A stretch of 64,000 nt of DNA from Bacteroides sp. (lineage in GTDB: Bacteria > Bacteroidota > Bacteroidia > Bacteroidales > Bacteroidaceae), in assembly GCA_017621035.1 (NCBI GenBank), contig JAGATY010000089.1, forward strand, positions 3,884 through 67,883, read 5' to 3'. Below are positions 58,941 through 64,000 of this stretch, one piece after another (the stretch's first letter is position 1; each line of letters opens with the position of its first letter). The notes below the pieces were generated by a model. The model was not told the origin of the DNA, ran no database searches, and saw only the letters and a program-made list of their open reading frames with translations. Made by a program: the position numbers and the translations under genes.

Positions 58941-59909
58941 ATGAGACAAAAAACTATTCGTTGGAGAGTAATGCTGCTACTGCTGCTGGGTAGCATACCT
59001 ATGTTTGCACAGCAGCAACAGGAGGAGGCTCTTCCTTTTGGCGCAATGGATCAATGGATTGACCGTCAGATTGAAGAGTCAGCTATTATTGGGGGAGCTA
59101 CCAAACATGTGTATGCGATAGGCCCGACACAAGTGATAAAAGATAATAGCGCTTATAAGAATATGGGCGGTTCTCCTTGGGGAACGTCTAACGTGATGGC
59201 ACGTGTGGCAGGTATCACGAAGACTAACACATCAGTCTTTCCGGAGAAACGGGGAGATGGCTTTTGCTCGCGCATGGATACCCGTATGGAGAGTGTGAAG
59301 GTGTTGGGACTGGTGAATATCACTGTGCTGGCTGCCGGTTCTATGTATCTGGGGGAGATGGCAGAGCCTATCCGAGGAACTAAGAATCCACAGAAGATGA
59401 TCAATTCCGGCATTCCTTTTACCAAGAAACCTTCTGCTATCCGTTTTGATTACAAAGTGCGGATGTCTGACAGAGAGAAGCGTATTCGAGCCACTGGTTT
59501 TAGTCGTATTACCGATGTAGAGGGCAAGGACTTTCCTGCTGTAATTCTTCTTTTACAAAAACGTTGGGAGGATTCGGAAGGGAATATCTATTCCCGACGG
59601 GTTGGCACCATGGTGGTGCGCTACTATGAGACGGTAGAGGAATGGCAGAATAATGCTACTTACGAAGTGCTCTATGGTGACATTACTAACCATCCTGACT
59701 ATAAGGAACATATGATGCGCTTGCAGGTGGAGGAACGTTATGCTGTCAATAGCAAAGGAGAAAGTGTGCCCATTAAAGAGGTGGAGTGGGGAACAGCTGA
59801 TGATGTTCCTACGCACATGATTCTTCAGTTTACTTCCAGCCATGGTGGGGCTTACATCGGTTCACCCGGTAATTCACTGTGGATAGATAATGTGAGATTA
59901 GTTTACTGA
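58941..59909 (+). CDS. PCMD (putative carbohydrate metabolism domain) secreted protein
   Basis: Signal peptide; SPWGTSN, AAGSMYLG, GIPFTKKP, FTSS.GG.YIGSPGNSLWIDNVRLVY C-terminus. Confidence 0.8.
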   Translation: MRQKTIRWRVMLLLLLGSIPMFAQQQQEEALPFGAMDQWIDRQIEESAIIGGATKHVYAIGPTQVIKDNSAYKNMGGSPWGTSNVMARVAGITKTNTSVFPEKRGDGFCSRMDTRMESVKVLGLVNITVLAAGSMYLGEMAEPIRGTKNPQKMINSGIPFTKKPSAIRFDYKVRMSDREKRIRATGFSRITDVEGKDFPAVILLLQKRWEDSEGNIYSRRVGTMVVRYYETVEEWQNNATYEVLYGDITNHPDYKEHMMRLQVEERYAVNSKGESVPIKEVEWGTADDVPTHMILQFTSSHGGAYIGSPGNSLWIDNVRLVY

Positions 59910-60130
59910 TACCTGATACGATAGATGGTCTGAAAGGCCGGATGGCAAAGCTACTTTCAATAATTGCGGACTCAAAACAAAGTTAACAAGGCACAAGTTG
60001 ACAAGTTGACGAAGTCCTTGTGTCTTGTCAACTTGTTAACTCGCCAACTCCAATAACCTAAATTTTTATAGACGTTCTTTTTTTTAATAAAAATCTTTGC
60101 ATTTATAAAAATAGTATCTATCTTTGCCGC

Positions 60131-61450
60131 ATGTTTCGTACTGTATATAGTATTATATGCGTGCGAAAAATGATTGAAAAGATGAAGTACAGACGCGCTT
60201 ACATACAAAAGCACTTGATAACTAGATGTATAAAAATTACTGCGTTGCTCTTTGCATTCTGTTTGTTTTCAGTAAAAGGATTGGCTCAGACAGGAGAACA
60301 GGCAGTAAATACATTGGTTGAAATGGGCTTTGAAAATGTAGGATGGACCGAGGATGACAACGAGCGAGTGTATGTATTGCAAAATTCTGCATATCGTTTG
60401 CAAGGCGTAGGAATCGGGAAAGCGGTAGACGTTATTCAAAAAATGGGACTTCCGGAAAGAAAACCGTGTCGTATCATTGTTTTGAATAATAATGTACCTC
60501 AGATTTCACTTTACTATCAACCCATTGCAGTGGCTGATAGCGTGCTTCAAGCCGAACGAAAGGATTGGGACGTTAGCTACGATTTGGGTGGTGCTTGGGA
60601 ACAAGCCCGGAAAGTAAAGCTGAAAAATAGTTCTTTGTTTAAGATTGATGTGTTGGTCTACCCTCAAGTAGCTCTGAAAAATTTGGTTATCAATCAAATT
60701 TATCATGTGTTATTTGATTTAAGTCCGGCGGTTGAAGTGTCTTTTTGGAAAGGAATGAAACTTACAGCTCAACTTAAGATACCAGTTTATAATGATGGGT
60801 ATGGAGAGTTGGAAGATTTAGTTCATCCTGGACATTTGACTGTATCGCAACGTTTCCGATTACCGTATAATATATTTGGAAAGTTGACAGTGGGACATTT
60901 TAATGCAGGACGATATGGGGCGGATTTAGAAGTGGATTATCATTTTAAAGATGAACGCTTTTCGCTATTGGGACGCTTGGGTGTAACCGGTATTGCATAT
61001 TGGAGAGGCTTTACTTGCCATTATGACCCCTCTATGCATCTTACTTGGAGTGTTGGCGGTGGATTCTATTGGCCTCAATATAATACACAGTTCACTTTGA
61101 AAGCTGAGCAATGGCTGATGAAAGAAATAGGTGTAAAGTTTGAGATGATTCGCCATTTCCGCTATTGCTCAATTGGATTCTATGCAATGAAGGGTAGGGA
61201 TGAGTTTGGTAATTCGGTGAAGACGAATGGCGGTTTCCGTTTTCAGGTTCTTTTGCCTCACTATGGTAAATATAAAAGGTATAAGAATAAATGGCCACGC
61301 ATAAATTTGTCTCCTAATATGGGACTTGTATATAATGCGAATAATGAGCAGTATTATTACCAAGACTATAAGGCGGAGACTAGTGATAACATAATGGAGA
61401 AAAATAGTTTTAACCCATATTTTATTAAATCGGAATTGTTAAATTTTTAA
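60131..61450 (+). CDS. YjbH-like outer-membrane beta-barrel protein
   Basis: Signal peptide ending KGLA/Q (true start probably 60170 or 60182, since a TATCTTTG box sits at about 60118-60125); LVEMGFENV N-domain, amphipathic strands, GxFxxxRYG, C-terminal Phe. Confidence 0.7.
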   Translation: MFRTVYSIICVRKMIEKMKYRRAYIQKHLITRCIKITALLFAFCLFSVKGLAQTGEQAVNTLVEMGFENVGWTEDDNERVYVLQNSAYRLQGVGIGKAVDVIQKMGLPERKPCRIIVLNNNVPQISLYYQPIAVADSVLQAERKDWDVSYDLGGAWEQARKVKLKNSSLFKIDVLVYPQVALKNLVINQIYHVLFDLSPAVEVSFWKGMKLTAQLKIPVYNDGYGELEDLVHPGHLTVSQRFRLPYNIFGKLTVGHFNAGRYGADLEVDYHFKDERFSLLGRLGVTGIAYWRGFTCHYDPSMHLTWSVGGGFYWPQYNTQFTLKAEQWLMKEIGVKFEMIRHFRYCSIGFYAMKGRDEFGNSVKTNGGFRFQVLLPHYGKYKRYKNKWPRINLSPNMGLVYNANNEQYYYQDYKAETSDNIMEKNSFNPYFIKSELLNF

Positions 61451-61462
61451 TTATTTATTGAG

Positions 61463-62332
61463 ATGAAGAAGATTAAATTCTTAAGCGGCTTGTTCGCTAT
61501 GGCCGCAGTAGCTTTGGCTACAACTTTCACTGCTTGTGAAAAAGAGGAATTGGATATTAAGTTTGAACCAACTCCTGCTCAGTTGCAGTTCAATGTAACT
61601 GTTATTGATATGGCTACAAACTCTGTAATTACAGATGCAGAAATTGATGGTGATGAAGCAGAATCTAATGAAAACGGTATTGCTGCACAAACTCGCGTGA
61701 TTACAGCAACAAAAGGTACTGCTACAGGTTCTGTAACAATCAATGTTCCTGCTATCGAAGCTGGTAAGATTGTAACTTATTCTCCGGTAATTTTCTTGGC
61801 AGAAGGACTTATCTCAGAAGCTAAAGCTGAAGAGGAAGGTGATGTACAAACAATATGGGGTGTAGCTGAAGATCTCGGTCACTCTCATACTGATGCAGAT
61901 AATCATGTTTGGGCAAAGAATGAGTCAAATTATTTACTTCCGTATACTGCAACTTTGACGATGAAGCGTGTTTGGACATTGAAAGAGAAAAATATATCTG
62001 TTCCTTCATTGCCTTTGGCTGAGTATATCAAGGAGTCAATCACAATGGAAACTGTTGAAAAAACTTATACAGACTTTAAGGCAACAGCATGGTGTTATTA
62101 TAATGTTCTGTTCTTGATTACTCCAGCTACTTGGACCTATACATATACTTCTGTTGCAACAGGTGATGTTTTGGGTACTGCCCAGTATGCTGATCCCGTT
62201 TATAAAGTTGCTGCTGAACCAAAAGAAATGCCTATCCCCGGTCACGAGCATGCATATGGTCATGGACATGGCATGGGTCACGGTCATGGTGATGCATCTA
62301 ACGCTGGTGGTGGTATCGTTTATGCAGACTAA
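61463..62332 (+). CDS. DUF3869-like lipoprotein with His/Gly-rich C-terminal tail
   Basis: FTACEKEE lipobox followed by acidic residues; Thr/Val-rich beta domains; ends GHEHAYGHGHGMGHGHGDASNAGGGIVYAD. Confidence 0.7.
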   Translation: MKKIKFLSGLFAMAAVALATTFTACEKEELDIKFEPTPAQLQFNVTVIDMATNSVITDAEIDGDEAESNENGIAAQTRVITATKGTATGSVTINVPAIEAGKIVTYSPVIFLAEGLISEAKAEEEGDVQTIWGVAEDLGHSHTDADNHVWAKNESNYLLPYTATLTMKRVWTLKEKNISVPSLPLAEYIKESITMETVEKTYTDFKATAWCYYNVLFLITPATWTYTYTSVATGDVLGTAQYADPVYKVAAEPKEMPIPGHEHAYGHGHGMGHGHGDASNAGGGIVYAD

Positions 62333-62388
62333 TCTTCGGTTGAGAAACTTAGTTCGATTTACTCACTAAAATTAAAGTAGAATTAAAG

Positions 62389-63531
62389 ATGAAAAGTAAA
62401 TTTATCATAGCCTCATTATTATTAGCAGGCGCTTGTGCTACGGTGAATGCACAAGAAAGAACTAAATATTATACCGAGAATGGTAAGGATAATATTTATG
62501 TAGGCGTTGGTGTTGGTGGTATGGCTGTTATCAACGACGGTATCAACTCTCCGACATTCAACATGAATGTAACTCTTGGTAAGCACATCAACCCGATTTG
62601 GGGCGTTCGTGGCCAAGTAGGTGGTTTCTGGCAGAGCTTGTCAGAGGAGCAAGATAGAGGCAACTATACAAACTATTGCAAGAAGTTTATTGAGTTGAAT
62701 CTGGATGCTACTTTGAACTTGATTAACCTATTTGCCGGTTACAATCCTGATCGCGCTTTCAACTTGTATGTATTCGGTGGTCCGACCATGAATTTGGCTA
62801 AGGCTATTGATGCAGAATTAACTGTTAGCCAGACAGAAGGTGAAAAATGGGCATTCTCAGCAGATGGAATGAAGGCTCGTTTCGGTGCAACTGTTGGTTT
62901 GGGTCTTGGTTATGACATCAACGAAAAGTGGGGTATTAACTTGGAAGGCCGTCTGGGTGTAACTCCTTCAATCTTTGGTAATGCTAGCGATTGCAACAAG
63001 GCCGAGGCTACTGCTCGCTTGAACTTGGGCGTTGCTTACACATTCGGTGGCAAGAAGTTTATCCCGATGGGTGCTAAGGTTGACGAAGAGGCTATCAATA
63101 ATGAAATCAACAAGTACAGAAGTGAATTGGCTGCTGCTCAATCTGATTTGGCTGATGCTAAGAATGCTTTGGCTAACGTTAAGCCGGTTGAGAAGGAAGT
63201 TATCAAGGAAGTACAAGTTGCTGGTCCGCGTGCTATCTTCTTCAAGATTGGTAGTGCTAGAATCGATGACTACGGTAAGGTTAACATCGAGTTGGCTGCT
63301 AAGATCTTGAAGGCTAATCCGGATAAGAAGTACAAGGTTGCAGGTTACTGTGACAAGGCTACAGGTAGTGCAGCATTCAACCAGAAGTTGTCTGAAAAAC
63401 GTGCTCAGGCTGTTTACGATGCATTGGTTGCTCAAGGCGTTGATAAGGATCAGCTCGAACTCGTAGGCTTCGGTGGTACTGCTAACATGTTTGGCAAGAA
63501 CTTCTTGAACCGTTGTGTTATTCTTGAATAA
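62389..63531 (+). CDS. OmpA family protein (N-terminal barrel, coiled linker, C-terminal peptidoglycan-binding domain)
   Basis: Signal peptide; IFFKIGS, GYCDKATGS, NQKLSEKRAQAV; synonymous codon usage looks like that of highly expressed genes. Confidence 0.93.
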   Translation: MKSKFIIASLLLAGACATVNAQERTKYYTENGKDNIYVGVGVGGMAVINDGINSPTFNMNVTLGKHINPIWGVRGQVGGFWQSLSEEQDRGNYTNYCKKFIELNLDATLNLINLFAGYNPDRAFNLYVFGGPTMNLAKAIDAELTVSQTEGEKWAFSADGMKARFGATVGLGLGYDINEKWGINLEGRLGVTPSIFGNASDCNKAEATARLNLGVAYTFGGKKFIPMGAKVDEEAINNEINKYRSELAAAQSDLADAKNALANVKPVEKEVIKEVQVAGPRAIFFKIGSARIDDYGKVNIELAAKILKANPDKKYKVAGYCDKATGSAAFNQKLSEKRAQAVYDALVAQGVDKDQLELVGFGGTANMFGKNFLNRCVILE

Positions 63532-63555
63532 TATTTCAACATTGAAATAACTCTT

Positions 63556-63585
63556 AAAAGGCGTCTGATTTCAGGCGCCTTTTTT
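63556..63585 (+). terminator. Intrinsic terminator after ompA
   Basis: AAAAGGCGTCTGA-TT-TCAGGCGCCTTTTTT. Confidence 0.85.
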
Positions 63586-63622
63586 GTGCTTTACTAATTT
63601 AATCGTAATTTTGTGGCCTAAT

Positions 63623-64000
63623 ATGAGTAGAATTTTAGCCATAGATTACGGAAAGAAACGAACGGGTATTGCTGTAAGCGATACCTTACAGCTGATTGCT
63701 AACGGCTTGACCACTGTTCCTACCCATGAGTTGCTGGCTTTTGTGTTGGATTATGTTGCCAAAGAACCGGTTGAGCGTATTGTGGTTGGGCTTCCCAAAC
63801 AGATGAATAACGAACTGTCGGAGAATATGAAGAATATAGAACCTTTTGTTCGTTCTTTGCAAAAGAGGCTTCCTCATATTCCCATAGAGTATGTGGACGA
63901 ACGTTTTACTTCAGTAATGGCTCACCGTACTATGCTAGAGGCCGGTCTGAAGAAAAAGGATAGGCAGAATAAGGCTTTGGTGGATGAAATCAGCGCTACC
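63623..64000 (+). CDS. ruvX: Holliday junction resolvase RuvX / YqgF, runs off the right edge of the window
   Basis: Manual translation MSRILAIDYGKKRTGIAVSD...IVVGLP...VDERFTS...VDEISAT; not in the ORF track. Confidence 0.93.
   Translation, partial: MSRILAIDYGKKRTGIAVSDTLQLIANGLTTVPTHELLAFVLDYVAKEPVERIVVGLPKQMNNELSENMKNIEPFVRSLQKRLPHIPIEYVDERFTSVMAHRTMLEAGLKKKDRQNKALVDEISAT

Overview
Chromosomal window from a Bacteroidaceae-like gut anaerobe, inferred from SusC/D genes, TAnnTTTG promoter boxes and Bacteroides-type gene order. No prophage, IS transposase, integrase or CRISPR array is visible. Left to right: a partial FMN-binding lipoprotein; serine hydrolase, NlpE-like and CNNM/CorB genes; an esterase; a GC-rich block (DUF4595-like, S41 peptidase, DUF4251-like, GH65); a LacI-MFS-GH65 maltose-type module; a GH53+GH2 galactan pair; susC/D/E/F-like genes with no GH13; recA, bcp, a META protein, sdaA, mutS2 and tRNA-Ser(UGA); a 2-oxoacid:ferredoxin oxidoreductase operon containing a 57-aa membrane protein missing from the ORF track; an AT-rich C10 peptidase + beta-barrel islet; rpiB-tkt, galM-MFS-galK and manA; a PAPS synthesis + sulfotransferase + PCMD operon; a YjbH-like barrel + His-tailed lipoprotein + OmpA trio; and partial ruvX. 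The most distinctive signals are (i) a LacI-type palindrome present twice, on either side of the galactanase pair, suggesting a split or chimeric PUL; (ii) many intergenic miniature palindromic elements, phased 21/22/41/42-bp repeats and 7-bp arrays, one of which forms a 50-bp direct repeat around a whole gene; and (iii) the uncharacterised YjbH/lipoprotein/OmpA and C10/barrel envelope modules. All family calls come from motif recognition and memory, not from database searches.
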